The notes under the pieces: generated by a model
What the model was told of the DNA's origin: nothing
The model's input: only the letters and a program-made list of their open reading frames with translations
Database searches by the model: none
Program-made: the position numbers and the translations under genes
Shown: positions 29,652-39,828 of the stretch, one piece after another
Layout: the number at the start of each line of letters is the position of its first letter
Numbering within the stretch: position 1 is the stretch's first letter
Assembly (NCBI GenBank): GCA_963737655.1
Contig: CAVTTN010000002.1
Coordinates: 2,656,001 to 2,720,000, forward strand
Direction of reading: 5' to 3'
Length of the DNA: 64,000 nucleotides
Source: an uncultured Planctomycetota bacterium
Lineage (GTDB): Bacteria > Planctomycetota > Planctomycetia > Isosphaerales > Isosphaeraceae

Positions 29652-30506
29652 ATGATTCTCGTCCTCGGAGCGACTGGAACCAACGGCAAGGAACTCGTCG
29701 CCCGGCTGGCGGCCGGAGGCCATCCGGTCCGGGCCTTGGTCCGCGACCCGGCGAAAGCCGCCCGCCTGTTGCCCGAGAACGTCGAGCTTGTGGCCGGAGA
29801 CCTCGACGACCCCGCCTCAATCGTCTCCGCCTTCGATCAGGTCGATCGCGCCTTCTTCCTCGCCACGTTCGATCCGCGGTTCGTCGGCTGGTTCACCAAC
29901 TTCCTCGGCGCCGCTCGGCGCGCCGGCCGCCCCTCGATCGTGAAGTTCTCGGCGATGGGGGCGGCGGAAGCGTCGTCCGTGGAGATCCTCCGCCAGCACG
30001 GAGAGACCGATTCGGCCCTGATCGCCTCGGGCCTCCCGTCCACGATCCTCCGACCGAACTCCTTCCATCAGAATCTGTTGTGGTCGGCCGGAACGATCCG
30101 CGACCACGGCGCCTTCTACCTGCCCATCGGCGATGCGGCCCAAAGCCTGGTGGATGTCCGCGACATCACTTCCGTCGCCTTCGAGGCCCTGACAAAGCCC
30201 GGTCATCAGGGCAAGATTTACGAGCTTACCGGCCCGGAATCCCTGACGTATCATGAAGTCGCGAAAGGTATTGCGGACGCGATTGGCAAGCCCGTGAGGT
30301 ACGTGCCCGTCCCGCCCGAGGCCGCCCTGGACTCGATGAAGAAGGCCGGGACGCCCGAGTGGAACGCCCGCGCCCTGATCGACCTGTACACCATGTTCGC
30401 CGCGGGAGACGCCTCGAGGACGACCGGGACGATCGCCGAGGTCCTCGGCCGACCGCCGATCTCGTTCGCGCAATTCGCCCGGGAACACGCCGGGGCGTTC
30501 TCATGA
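29652..30506 (+). CDS. NmrA-like/atypical SDR NAD(P)H-binding oxidoreductase
   Basis: ILVLGATGTNG Rossmann motif, LRPNSF, VDVRDI and YELTGPE. Confidence 0.92.
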   Translation: MILVLGATGTNGKELVARLAAGGHPVRALVRDPAKAARLLPENVELVAGDLDDPASIVSAFDQVDRAFFLATFDPRFVGWFTNFLGAARRAGRPSIVKFSAMGAAEASSVEILRQHGETDSALIASGLPSTILRPNSFHQNLLWSAGTIRDHGAFYLPIGDAAQSLVDVRDITSVAFEALTKPGHQGKIYELTGPESLTYHEVAKGIADAIGKPVRYVPVPPEAALDSMKKAGTPEWNARALIDLYTMFAAGDASRTTGTIAEVLGRPPISFAQFAREHAGAFS

Positions 30507-30532
30507 GCCGGGCGAGCTGCCGAAAGCCTTGA

Positions 30533-31852
30533 TCAAAAGACGTCGGTGGTGGTCAACTGCTGCTCGACCCAGTCCCCTCGGCGGGCGATCTCGACGACGG
30601 CCGAGCGGATGTCGGCCGGGGTCACGTGGCCTCGGGGATAGGTCCGGGTCATCACGAACATGGGCTGGCCGTTGACGTCCCGCACGGACAGGCCGCCGAT
30701 CGTCAACTCGGCGTTGAGCTTCAGCGCGAACTCGTAATGGCGGGGGTCGGCCGGGGCGCACACGGAGAAGATCTGGAGGAGCCTCTCGTTCTTCCGGCCC
30801 TCGGCCACCTCGACATAGACCTCCTGGATGCGGTCGCCCGGCACGGGCACGATCACCCGGAAGCGGTCCCGGGCGCCCTGGATCAGGCAATCCACGCCTT
30901 CGAGGCTCTCGCGGACCAGGCCCTCGGTGTCTCGCAGGTGGCCCAGGACGACCTTGAGCTCCTCGGCCAGCTCGTCGGCCGAGGCGTGGCGGCGGGCCGG
31001 GTCCTTGTCCAGCAAGCGGGCGAGGATCGGCGGGAGCTCGTCGGGGATCGCCGAAACCAGGCGGCGGACGTCCGGCACCGGGGCCGATCGATGGAGCCGG
31101 ATCAGGCTGGCGAGGTCGTCCGAGGCGAACGGCAGGCGGGCCGTCAGGAGATAGAAGAAGGACACGCCGACGGCATAAAGATCGGTCTGAGGCCCGGCGG
31201 GCGACCCGTGGAACAGCTCCGGGGCCATGAAGGTGGGGGTCCCGGCGAGGTTCGAGCCCGAATCCCGGTCGCGCAGCCGGCGGACCAGCCCGAAATCGGC
31301 GAGCTTGGCCGAGCCTTCGGCCGTCAGGAGGACGTTCGCGGGCTTCACGTCCCGATGGACCAGCCCCGATCGGTGGGCGGCCGAAAGCGCCAGGGCGACC
31401 TGGCGGATCAGGAGCGAGGCGCGAAGCGGTTCGAGAGGCCCATTGCGGATCAGGGTCTCCCGGAGGCTGACCCCCCCGGCGACGTGCTCCATCTCGATGT
31501 AGTGATAGCCCCGGTCGCTGCCCAGGTTGTGGACCGTGACGACGTGGGGATGCACGAGGCCGGCGACCGCCCTCGCCTCGGCCCAGAACCGCTCGACGGT
31601 CCGGGGCTGGCGGGCCACGAGGCCGGGGCTGAGCACCTTCACGGCGCAGGGGCGGCCGAGCCCGGCGTGCTCGGCTCGGTAGACCCGGCCCATTGCCCCC
31701 TTGCCCAGGACCTCGGCGATCCGGTACTGGCCGAGCTCGGTGCCGACCAGGTCGTCGAGCTCCGGGAAGCCGTCGGAATCGAGCCCGGGGGTCGGCCCCC
31801 CATAGGCGATGGTCTCGCCGAGAGGGTCGTCGGCCGAGGCGCCGGGGACCAT
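30533..31852 (-). CDS. Ser/Thr protein kinase with a C-terminal YbjN/T3SS-chaperone-like domain
   Basis: GKGAMGRVY, HRDVKPAN, LADFGL, GTPTFMAPE. The last ~125 aa (ALKLNAEL...EIARRGDWVEQQLTTTDVF) look YbjN-like. Confidence 0.88.
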   Translation of the reverse strand: MVPGASADDPLGETIAYGGPTPGLDSDGFPELDDLVGTELGQYRIAEVLGKGAMGRVYRAEHAGLGRPCAVKVLSPGLVARQPRTVERFWAEARAVAGLVHPHVVTVHNLGSDRGYHYIEMEHVAGGVSLRETLIRNGPLEPLRASLLIRQVALALSAAHRSGLVHRDVKPANVLLTAEGSAKLADFGLVRRLRDRDSGSNLAGTPTFMAPELFHGSPAGPQTDLYAVGVSFFYLLTARLPFASDDLASLIRLHRSAPVPDVRRLVSAIPDELPPILARLLDKDPARRHASADELAEELKVVLGHLRDTEGLVRESLEGVDCLIQGARDRFRVIVPVPGDRIQEVYVEVAEGRKNERLLQIFSVCAPADPRHYEFALKLNAELTIGGLSVRDVNGQPMFVMTRTYPRGHVTPADIRSAVVEIARRGDWVEQQLTTTDVF

Positions 31853-32302
31853 CGGGCAGCCGGTCTCTCCGTGGAACGGGCACGCGGCCGAGGGGCTCGC
31901 CCACGCGGGCCGGCTCGTCGCACAAGGGGCACGGACGTATCGCCGCCGCCCGGACGGGCATCTGCCTCGCCCTCACCGACCCATCCGCCGGTCCCATCGA
32001 ATCCCCCAGCCTCGCCCGGCGTCTAGACTTTCGGGAATTATGGCCCGGCTTCCCAGGAAGTCGAGGCCAAGCTCCCGCGATCCGAGGAGATCGCCGCCCC
32101 TCTCCGGGTTCGCCCCGTCTCCTCCGATGGTTCATGCATGCAAACTGGGCGCCACACCGCATGGAATCGCACGATCATGGATGGAACCCCTTGCGGCATC
32201 ACGAGTAAGTTCTCGGGGATGGGCGGAGCGTGGGGCGACGAGACGGGCGGACGACGCCCGCCGGCGGGGGAAATCGTTCGGCCTGGCCTCGGAGGAACCA
32301 GA

Positions 32303-33376
32303 ATGTCACGCTTCGGGAAACTCGCCCTCGCCGTCGCGTTCCTGGCCCTGCCGGTCGCCGAGGCCCGGGCCGACGACCCGCCCGCCCCGGCCAAGGCGAA
32401 AGCGAAAGCGAAGGCCAAGTCGAAGGCGCGCACCAAGACCGCGAGGAAAGCGGACGCCGACGAGCCTCCGCCGTGCGTCCACCTGGCCCGAGCGGCGGCC
32501 CCCCGCCCTGCCCCTCCCCAGACGATGGAAGAATCGTTCCAGAGGATGATGGACAGCATGACGAGGAACCCGGCCGGAGGGTTCGCGGACGTCCTCCGCG
32601 AGCAGGAGGCCACCGCCCTGAGCGAAATCTCGCTCACGCCGGCCGAGGAACGGCGGATCGGTCGAGACGCCCGGCGAGAATTCCTCCGCCGGGCCTCCGC
32701 CAAGGGGATGCCGGTCGTGGACGACCCGGCGAGGATCAGGTATCTCCGCGAGCTGGTCGCCCGGCTTGCCGTTCGGATGAAGAACCGGGCGCGCTATCCC
32801 GAGATCGACGTCACGCTCGTCCGCGCCGACGTGGCCGACGGCCAGTCGTTCCCCGGTGGATTCCTCGTCTTCACGACCGGCCTGTTCGACGAGCCGGACG
32901 AGGCGAGCGTGGCGGGGGTGGTCGCCCACGAGCTCGGGCATCTCGACCGGGGGCACCTCAACGAGTATGCCCGTCGCGAAAAGCTCACGCAGACCGCCTT
33001 CCAGCCGGAGCCGGGGATGGGTATGCCCCGGCCCGACCAGTTCATGAGCCGGGGGATGGCCCTGGGGAGCCTCATGATGAACCCGTTCCGGCCCGAGCAC
33101 GAGCACGAGGCCGATTGCATGGCCGCGACCTGGCTCTACCAGGAAGGCTACGACCCGGCCGCCCTCGCCGGGTTCCTCGAACGGATCCACGAACGGAACC
33201 GAGATCGGCCCGACCCGCCGTTCCTCATGATCGCCCGGTCGCATCCCTACTCGCTCGACCGCCGAGACGCGATCCTCGATCGGCTCGCGCAGCTCCTCCG
33301 CTGGAAGCCGAGGAACGACCTGGGCCGCTACCCGAACAACCTGAGGACGCTCTCGCCCAAGCCGGCCGAGCGTTGA
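32303..33376 (+). CDS. M48-family Zn metallopeptidase, exported
   Basis: Signal peptide, SFPGG, VAHELGH, EHEAD, GYDP and SHP motifs. Confidence 0.88.
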   Translation: MSRFGKLALAVAFLALPVAEARADDPPAPAKAKAKAKAKSKARTKTARKADADEPPPCVHLARAAAPRPAPPQTMEESFQRMMDSMTRNPAGGFADVLREQEATALSEISLTPAEERRIGRDARREFLRRASAKGMPVVDDPARIRYLRELVARLAVRMKNRARYPEIDVTLVRADVADGQSFPGGFLVFTTGLFDEPDEASVAGVVAHELGHLDRGHLNEYARREKLTQTAFQPEPGMGMPRPDQFMSRGMALGSLMMNPFRPEHEHEADCMAATWLYQEGYDPAALAGFLERIHERNRDRPDPPFLMIARSHPYSLDRRDAILDRLAQLLRWKPRNDLGRYPNNLRTLSPKPAER

Positions 33377-33377
33377 T

Positions 33378-33429
33378 CCATCCCCGGGTGGGACGCCCTC
33401 GAAGAGGGGGGCGTCCCACCCGGGGATGG
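33378..33429. terminator. Strong hairpin between convergent genes
   Basis: Perfect 21-bp inverted repeat CCATCCCCGGGTGGGACGCCC / GGGCGTCCCACCCGGGGATGG. Confidence 0.7.
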
Positions 33430-33441
33430 GAATTCGCGCGA

Positions 33442-33669
33442 TTACTTGCTGTGGCTCTTGATCGACTCGCCGGCCTCCTCGACCTTCTCGCCGACGGCGT
33501 GGCCGACCTGGCTGGCCTTCTCCCCGGCGGTGTGGGCGGCATCCTTGGCGTGCTCGGCGGCCGAATTGGCGACCTCCTTCGCCTTGTCGCCCGCCTTGTG
33601 CGCGGCGTCCTTCACACCCTGGCCGGCTTCCTTGATCCCGTCTTTGATTTTCTCGGCGGCGTCGGACAT
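33442..33669 (-). CDS. Small LEA/CsbD-like stress protein
   Basis: 75 aa of Ala/Lys/Glu-rich 11-mer-like repeats (KDAAHKAGDKAKE). Confidence 0.75.
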   Translation of the reverse strand: MSDAAEKIKDGIKEAGQGVKDAAHKAGDKAKEVANSAAEHAKDAAHTAGEKASQVGHAVGEKVEEAGESIKSHSK

Positions 33670-33766
33670 GGGAGAGCCCCCTTGGCTGGAGAAACGGGAG
33701 GGACCGGCTCGGCCCCTCGTCCGTCCTGAGCGAGTGCATCTCCCATGCCACGAATTGGCCTTCGGA

Positions 33767-35233
33767 TCACGCGTTATAGGTCGTGGAGGACGTGGTTCCC
33801 CCTCGGCCGGTCCAGTTGGTGTGGAAGAACTGGCCCCTGGGGCGGTCGATCCGCTCGTAGGTGTGGGCGCCGAAGAAGTCGCGCTGGGCCTGGAGGAGGT
33901 TCGCCGGCAGGTCGGCCCGGCGGTAGCCGTCGTAATAGGCCAGCGCCGAGGTGATCGCCGGCAGGGGGATTCCGTAGGTCACGGCCGAGGCGCAGACCCT
34001 CCGCCACCCGGGCGCGGCCCGTTCGATCTCCGTCTTGAAGAACGGGTCGAGCAGGAGGTTCGGCAAGCCCGGATCGCGGTCGAAGGCGTCCTTGATCTTG
34101 CCGAGGAAGGCGCTTCGGATGATGCAGCCCCCTCGCCACATCAGGGCGACGCCCCCGTTGTTGATCTCCCAGCCCGAGTCCTTCGCCATCGCGTTCATGA
34201 GCGCGTAGCCCTGGGCATACGAGATGATCTTGCTCGCGTACAGGGCGTTCTCGATGTCGTCCACGAACGCCTGGGGATTGCCGGCGAATTTCTCGGATGG
34301 CCCGGCCAGGACCTTCGACGCTTCCACCCGTTCCTCCTTCTGGGCCGACAGGCACCGGGCGAACACGGCCTCGCCGATCAGGGTCAGCGGGACGCCCAGG
34401 TCCAGGGCCGAGGTCACGGTCCACTTGCCGGTGCCCTTCTGGCCGGCCTTGTCCAGGATCAGGTCGACCATCGGCTTGCCCGTCTCGGGGTCGGTGAAGC
34501 CGAAGATGTCTCGGGTGATCTCGATCAGGTAGCTGTCGAGGGGGCCCGTGTTCCATCGGGCGAACACGTCGTGGAGGGCCTTGGCGTCCATCTTGAGGAG
34601 GGACTTCATCAGGTCGTACGACTCGCAGATGAGCTGGATGTCGCCGTACTCGATGCCATTGTGGACCATCTTGACGTAATGGCCCGCGCCCTCGGGTCCG
34701 ACCCAGTCGCAGCAGGGGGTGCCGTCGCCGACCTTCGCGGCGATGCTCTGGAAGATCGGCTTCACGGCCGGCCACGCCTCGGCGTCCCCCCCGGGCATGA
34801 TCGAGGGGCCTTTCAAGGCCCCTTCCTCGCCTCCCGAAACGCCCGTCCCGACGAACAGGAGGCCCTTTTCCTTCAGGGCCTTGGTCCGTCGGGTGGTGTC
34901 GGGGAAGTAGCTGTTGCCGCCGTCGATCAGGATATCGCCCGGTTCGAGGAGAGGGGCCACCTCGTCGATCACGGCATCGACGGCCGAGCCCGCCTTGACC
35001 ATGATCATGACCTTCCTCGGCCTCTTCAGCGCCGCCACGAGGTCCTGGACCGTGTGGGCCCCGACGATCTTCTTGCCCAGGGCGCGGCCCTTCACGAAGT
35101 CATCGACCTTCGAGGTCGTCCGGTTGAAGACGGCCACGGTGAACCCGTGGGACTCCATGTTCAACACGAGGTTCTCGCCCATCACGGCGAGGCCGATCAA
35201 GCCAATGTCGGCGGAGGGAGAGGCGGCGGGCAT
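33767..35233 (-). CDS. gnd: 6-phosphogluconate dehydrogenase, NADP-dependent, decarboxylating
   Basis: IGLIGLAVMG, IDGGNS, VSGGEEGA, KMVHNGIEYGD, QKGTGKWT and QAQRDFFGAHTYER. Confidence 0.98.
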   Translation of the reverse strand: MPAASPSADIGLIGLAVMGENLVLNMESHGFTVAVFNRTTSKVDDFVKGRALGKKIVGAHTVQDLVAALKRPRKVMIMVKAGSAVDAVIDEVAPLLEPGDILIDGGNSYFPDTTRRTKALKEKGLLFVGTGVSGGEEGALKGPSIMPGGDAEAWPAVKPIFQSIAAKVGDGTPCCDWVGPEGAGHYVKMVHNGIEYGDIQLICESYDLMKSLLKMDAKALHDVFARWNTGPLDSYLIEITRDIFGFTDPETGKPMVDLILDKAGQKGTGKWTVTSALDLGVPLTLIGEAVFARCLSAQKEERVEASKVLAGPSEKFAGNPQAFVDDIENALYASKIISYAQGYALMNAMAKDSGWEINNGGVALMWRGGCIIRSAFLGKIKDAFDRDPGLPNLLLDPFFKTEIERAAPGWRRVCASAVTYGIPLPAITSALAYYDGYRRADLPANLLQAQRDFFGAHTYERIDRPRGQFFHTNWTGRGGTTSSTTYNA

Positions 35234-35314
35234 CTCGGGGGTCCTGGAGAGGCGGCGACGGTCCGAAACGACGGGATTCTACCAGAGCCGTCCGCGACAA
35301 TCACCCGGCCAGAC

Positions 35315-36105
35315 TCACGGCGGGGGCGGCTCTTCCAGCCGGATGACCCGATCCAGCCGGAACGTCTTCTCGACGGCCGACAGGTGGCAGAGGGCGACCA
35401 CGTAGGCCACCCCTCCGAGATGGGCGAATCGCCGAGGGGTGATCTCCCGGGGCGCCTCGCCCCGCGAACCCCCGGCGTAGACGATTCGCACCCTCCGCCG
35501 ATCGGCCATCGCCCGGGCCAGGTCGTCCCAGCCCGACGGGACCGGCCCTCCCCTCCGCGGATCGTGGATCGGATAGACGATCGCCGACGGGCCGGGGTCG
35601 ATCCCGCCGGTCAGCGCGAGGAACAGGCCCCGGACGCGGAGGCTGTCGCCCAGGGCCCGATGGGGCGCGTCCAGGGCGAGGCGGAAGTGGCCGGCGAGGG
35701 CGTCGAGCCGGTGGCTGGGCAGGTCCGGGCGGAGCTTCCGGGCCAGCGCGAGCGTGTCGAGCAATTCCAGGCCGATCGGCCCGAGTCCCAGCCTGGCAAG
35801 CTCCCGGCCGAGGAACCCGGCATCGAAGCCGGCGTGATGGGCCATCAAGCGGACGTCCGACGGATCTCCGATCCAGGCCAGGAATTCGGGCAAGACGATC
35901 TCCGCCCCCGGCGCACGGCCAGGTCCGCGTCGGAGATCCCATGAACCGCCCGGGCCCGGGGCGGCATCGGCCGCCTCGGATCGACCAGGCTCTCGAACCG
36001 CCCGAGCTCCCGACCCAACGCATCGAATTTCACCGCGCCGACCTCGACGATCCGATCCTCGATCGGCGAGAGGCCGGTGGTCTCCAGGTCCAGGGCGAGG
36101 AACAT
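35315..36105 (-). CDS. DEDDh 3'-5' exonuclease (DnaQ-like) fused to a WYL domain; frameshift near 35916
   Basis: ALDLETTG, AHHAGFD and HRALGD, then IVYAGG...REITP...ALCHL...KTFRLDRV. Adding one base joins the frames (DLAGAPGAEIVLPEF). Confidence 0.82.
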
Positions 36106-36119
36106 GGGGTCACCCGCGA

Positions 36120-37310
36120 CTAGCCGAGGAACGTCTCCAGAGCATCGAACCCCCGGCGCAGCGTTTCCAGGTCGGTGGCGAACGACATCCTCGCGTACCC
36201 CTCGGCGCCGAAGGCCGAACCCATGACCAGCGCCACGTGGGCCTCGGCCAGGGCGGTCAGGCAGAAATCGGTGGAGTCCTCGATCAACTTCCCGCCGAGG
36301 GTCTTGCCGAAGACCGATCGAATGTTCAGGAACGCATAGAACGCCCCGCCGGGAGGCAGGCACGTCACGCCGGGCAGCGTCTCGACCCTCTCCAGCACAT
36401 AAGCACGCCGCCTGGCGAACTCGGCGTGCATGAGCTTGACCGAGTCCTGGGGCCCGGTGATCGCTTCGAGGGCCGCCCACTGGCTGACGCTCCCGGGGTT
36501 GCTCGTCTCCTGGCTTTGCAGGTCCCCCATGAACTTCGCCACGGGCAGAGGGGCGACGGCCCAGCCGATCCGCCAGCCGGTCATCGCGTAGGTCTTGCTC
36601 ACGCCCGAGATCGTGACCGTGCGGTCGGCCAGGCCGGGCCGGAGCGTGGCGAAGCACGTCGGCCGGGCGTCTCCGTAGCAGAGCTGCTCATAGATCTCGT
36701 CGGAAAGGACGCCCGCGCCGGTCGTCAGGATCGCGTCGGCAAGCCCCTCCAGCTCGGCCCGCGAGTAGACCACGCCCGTCGGGTTGGACGGGCTATTGAG
36801 CATCACGAGCTTCGTCCGGGGGGTCACGGCGGCCAGGAACCGCTCGGGCGAGAGCTTGAATCCGTCCGATTCGGTCGTCTCGATCACGATCGGCTCGGCG
36901 CCGGCGAGCTTCACGAGGTCCGCGTAGCTGACCCAGTACGGCGCCGGGATGATCACTTCGTCCCCGGGCCCGCACAGGGCCATCAGGGCGTTGTGGATCG
37001 ACTGCTTGGCCCCGTTGGAGACGATCACCTGCTCGCTCTTCGTCGGCAGGCCGTGATGGTTCGTGTAGTGGTCCGCCAAAGCCTGGCGGAGTTCCGGGAT
37101 GCCGGCCGGCGGCGTGTAGTGGGTCTTTCCCTCGCGGATCGCGCGGAAGGCGGCGTCCTGGATGTTCTCGGGCGTGGGGAAATCCGGCTCGCCCAGGGCG
37201 AAATCCAGGACGGCCACCCCGCTCGCCTTGAGCCTCCGCGCCTCCGCGGCCATCGCGAGCGTCGCCGACGGCGCAATCAGTCTCGACCTCTCGGCCAGCA
37301 TCAAGCTCAT
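36120..37310 (-). CDS. PLP-dependent class I (aspartate) aminotransferase
   Basis: GEPDF, NSPSNPTG, SDEIY and SKTYAMTGWRIG. Start trimmed to MSLMLAERS. Confidence 0.95.
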   Translation of the reverse strand: MSLMLAERSRLIAPSATLAMAAEARRLKASGVAVLDFALGEPDFPTPENIQDAAFRAIREGKTHYTPPAGIPELRQALADHYTNHHGLPTKSEQVIVSNGAKQSIHNALMALCGPGDEVIIPAPYWVSYADLVKLAGAEPIVIETTESDGFKLSPERFLAAVTPRTKLVMLNSPSNPTGVVYSRAELEGLADAILTTGAGVLSDEIYEQLCYGDARPTCFATLRPGLADRTVTISGVSKTYAMTGWRIGWAVAPLPVAKFMGDLQSQETSNPGSVSQWAALEAITGPQDSVKLMHAEFARRRAYVLERVETLPGVTCLPPGGAFYAFLNIRSVFGKTLGGKLIEDSTDFCLTALAEAHVALVMGSAFGAEGYARMSFATDLETLRRGFDALETFLG

Positions 37311-37508
37311 GATCGACCCATGAAACGATGAAAGGCCCAACTCCCGACGCATCGAGGCGGCCGATAATAGACCTCGGGAAGTCTCCCAGGATACCACGGA
37401 CACCCCGCCTCCGTCATCGGTTCGCCGGCCCGGGACTTGCGGCCCTGGCCCACAAACCAAGCCCTACCCAGCCGAACTGCTCAGAACCCCCAAATTCGCC
37501 ATTCTTTC

Positions 37509-37537
37509 TTGTCTACGGGCGTTTCGTCGTTTACATT
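37509..37537 (+). promoter_or_regulatory. Putative sigma70 promoter upstream of the fabF-like gene
   Basis: TTGTCT-N17-TACATT in an AT-richer divergent intergenic region. Confidence 0.45.
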
Positions 37538-37625
37538 GGGTAGGACCTCCGAGACGTGGGACCGAGATGAGCAACTGGGCGTTAGACGGCCGATGGGGCA
37601 GGGACGCGAGGGCCGGGAGAGACCG

Positions 37626-38909
37626 ATGCGTCGCGTGGTGATCACCGGGATCGGAGTTGTCTCCCCCAATGGCGTGGGCCGGCGGGCCTTCTCCGAGGCG
37701 ATTGTCGAGGGGCGGTCCGGGGTCGGCCCGATCGAGAGCTTCGACGCCCGGGGCCTCAACGTGAAGATCGCCGGGGAGGTCAAGGGGTACGACGTGACCC
37801 CGTACCTCGGCGAGCACAAGAAGAACGCCCGGGCCATGAGCCGGGCGGTGGGCTTCGCCGTGGGGGCGGCGGCCCTGGCGGTCGAGGATTCCGGTTTGGA
37901 CCGCGCGAAGCTCGACCCCTCCCGGTTCGGCGTGTGCATGGGCACGGGGATCACGCCGATGGACGTGAACGAGCTGGCCGGGCCGATCGCCCGGGGCCTC
38001 GGGGGTGACGGGACGCTCGACCTCGGCCGGTTCGCCTCGGCCCGGTCCGAGAGCATGGACCCTCTCTGGCTCCTGAAGCACCTGCCGAACATGGCCGCCT
38101 CGCACCTCTCGATCCTCCACGGCGCGATGGGGCCGAACAACACGATCGTGACGGCCTGCGCCGCCGGGACCCAGGCCGTCGGCGAGGCGTTCCGCCTGAT
38201 CGGCCGGGGCGACGCCGACGTGATGCTCGCCGGGGGCTGCGACAGCCGGATCGACCCGTTGATGATCGTGGCCTATCAGGCCATGAGCGCCCTGAGCCGC
38301 TCGACCCGAGAGCCCAGCGAGGTCTCCCGCCCATTCGACGGCGAGAGGACCGGGTTCGTCCTGGGCGAGGGGGCCGCCGTCTTGATTCTGGAGAGCTACC
38401 AGAGGGCCCGCCGCCGCAAGGCGACGATCTACGCCGAGGTCACCGGCTATGGTTCCTCGTTCGACGCCTACGGCCTGACCCGGCCCGAGCCCGACGGCAA
38501 GGGCGCGGCCCTGTCGATGAGATCGGCGCTGAAGGAGGCGAGGCTCGACCCGGCGGACGTCGATTACATCAACGCGCACGGCACCAGCACCCGCCTGAAC
38601 GACATCATGGAGACCGTGGCCGTGAAGCGGGTCTTCGGCCACCGGGCCCCGAAGATCCCGATGTCGTCGCAGAAGTCGATGGTCGGGCACCTGATCGGCG
38701 CCTCCGGGGCCCTGGAAGCCGCCGCGACCGCCCTTTCGCTCGAACGAGGGGTGATCCCTCCGACGATCAATCAGGACGTCCGCGACCCGGCCTGCGACCT
38801 CGATTACGTCCCGAACACGGCGAGGGAAAAGCCGTTGCGGACGGCCCTCTCCAACAGCTTCGGGTTCGGCGGCCAGAACGCCAGCCTGGTGATGGCCCGG
38901 GTCGGATGA
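37626..38909 (+). CDS. fabF: Beta-ketoacyl-ACP synthase II-family protein
   Basis: RRVVITGIG, TACAAG (Cys), NAHGTST, KSMVGH and SNSFGFGGQN. May be a paralogue rather than the primary FabF. Confidence 0.9.
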   Translation: MRRVVITGIGVVSPNGVGRRAFSEAIVEGRSGVGPIESFDARGLNVKIAGEVKGYDVTPYLGEHKKNARAMSRAVGFAVGAAALAVEDSGLDRAKLDPSRFGVCMGTGITPMDVNELAGPIARGLGGDGTLDLGRFASARSESMDPLWLLKHLPNMAASHLSILHGAMGPNNTIVTACAAGTQAVGEAFRLIGRGDADVMLAGGCDSRIDPLMIVAYQAMSALSRSTREPSEVSRPFDGERTGFVLGEGAAVLILESYQRARRRKATIYAEVTGYGSSFDAYGLTRPEPDGKGAALSMRSALKEARLDPADVDYINAHGTSTRLNDIMETVAVKRVFGHRAPKIPMSSQKSMVGHLIGASGALEAAATALSLERGVIPPTINQDVRDPACDLDYVPNTAREKPLRTALSNSFGFGGQNASLVMARVG

Positions 38910-38978
38910 GCTAGCGGGCGGGGGCCGCGCCGGGGTATCCTGGTCGCTTTCGTTTCCGAAGCCCCGGAGCCCCCGCCG

Positions 38979-39116
38979 ATGCCCCGCACGAACCCGAGGA
39001 AAGTCGCCCGCCGCCGCCGGTTCCAGGCCCTCCGCGACAAGACCCGCAAGATCCTGGCGGAGAAGGCCCCGCAGGCCGCGTCTTCGGAGACGGAAACGGC
39101 GCCGGCCAGGTCCTGA
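38979..39116 (+). CDS. 45-aa basic small protein, absent from the ORF track
   Basis: MPRTNPRKVARRRRFQALRDKTRKILAEKAPQAASSETETAPARS. Nearly all codons end in G/C; GGAG upstream. Confidence 0.55.
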   Translation: MPRTNPRKVARRRRFQALRDKTRKILAEKAPQAASSETETAPARS

Positions 39117-39449
39117 CCCGTCCGGTGGGCGTGCTCACGAACGCGTGAGCATGCCGCCCGGGAGGAATCCGCGGCCCCGCCGCTTTCCTCGCCGGCTCGC
39201 GAGGGTCCTGGCTTCACCTCCGGCCCGGTTTGCGACGCCTCCCGGCCGGTCGCATTCCGATCTTGACGATAATCGCCGAATCCCGTAGGACTTCCGGCCG
39301 AGGACGGCCCGGAAGCCCCCTCGCGGAGCGGGGCCCGGCATGGGCCGTGCTTTGAAGGAGAGACGTGTCCGACGACGGGCCGCGAGACGGCCTCCCCAAT
39401 CCGGGAGGGCCCGGCCCCAGGACACCGAGCGAGCGAAGGAGCATCCGCC

Positions 39450-39797
39450 ATGAAGACGATCGTCAAGACGATGGCCCTGGCCGGCGCGGTCGTGGCCGGC
39501 ACCCTGGCCTTCGGGGCCTCTCCGGCGAAGGCCCAGGGCTTCGGCCTGGGGATCAACACCCCCGGCCTCTCGATCGGTGTCGGCCGAGGCGCCTACGGGG
39601 GCTACGGTTACGGCTATGGCGCCCCGTATTACGGCGGCTATCCCTACGCCGCCCCCGTCGTCGTCGCCCCCGCCCCGGTGATCGTGCCCCGGCCGATCGT
39701 CGTCCCCAGACCCTACTACCGAGGCGGCTATCGCCCGGCGTATGGGCCGTATCGAGGCGGCTACGGCAACGGACCTTATCGCCACCACTATCGTTGA
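39450..39797 (+). CDS. Small secreted Gly/Tyr/Pro-rich protein
   Basis: AAGGAG RBS, signal peptide ending AKA-Q, then YGG/PYY low-complexity sequence. Confidence 0.85.
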   Translation: MKTIVKTMALAGAVVAGTLAFGASPAKAQGFGLGINTPGLSIGVGRGAYGGYGYGYGAPYYGGYPYAAPVVVAPAPVIVPRPIVVPRPYYRGGYRPAYGPYRGGYGNGPYRHHYR

Positions 39798-39828
39798 TCG
39801 ATTCTGGTTCCGATGCTGGGACAAGACG

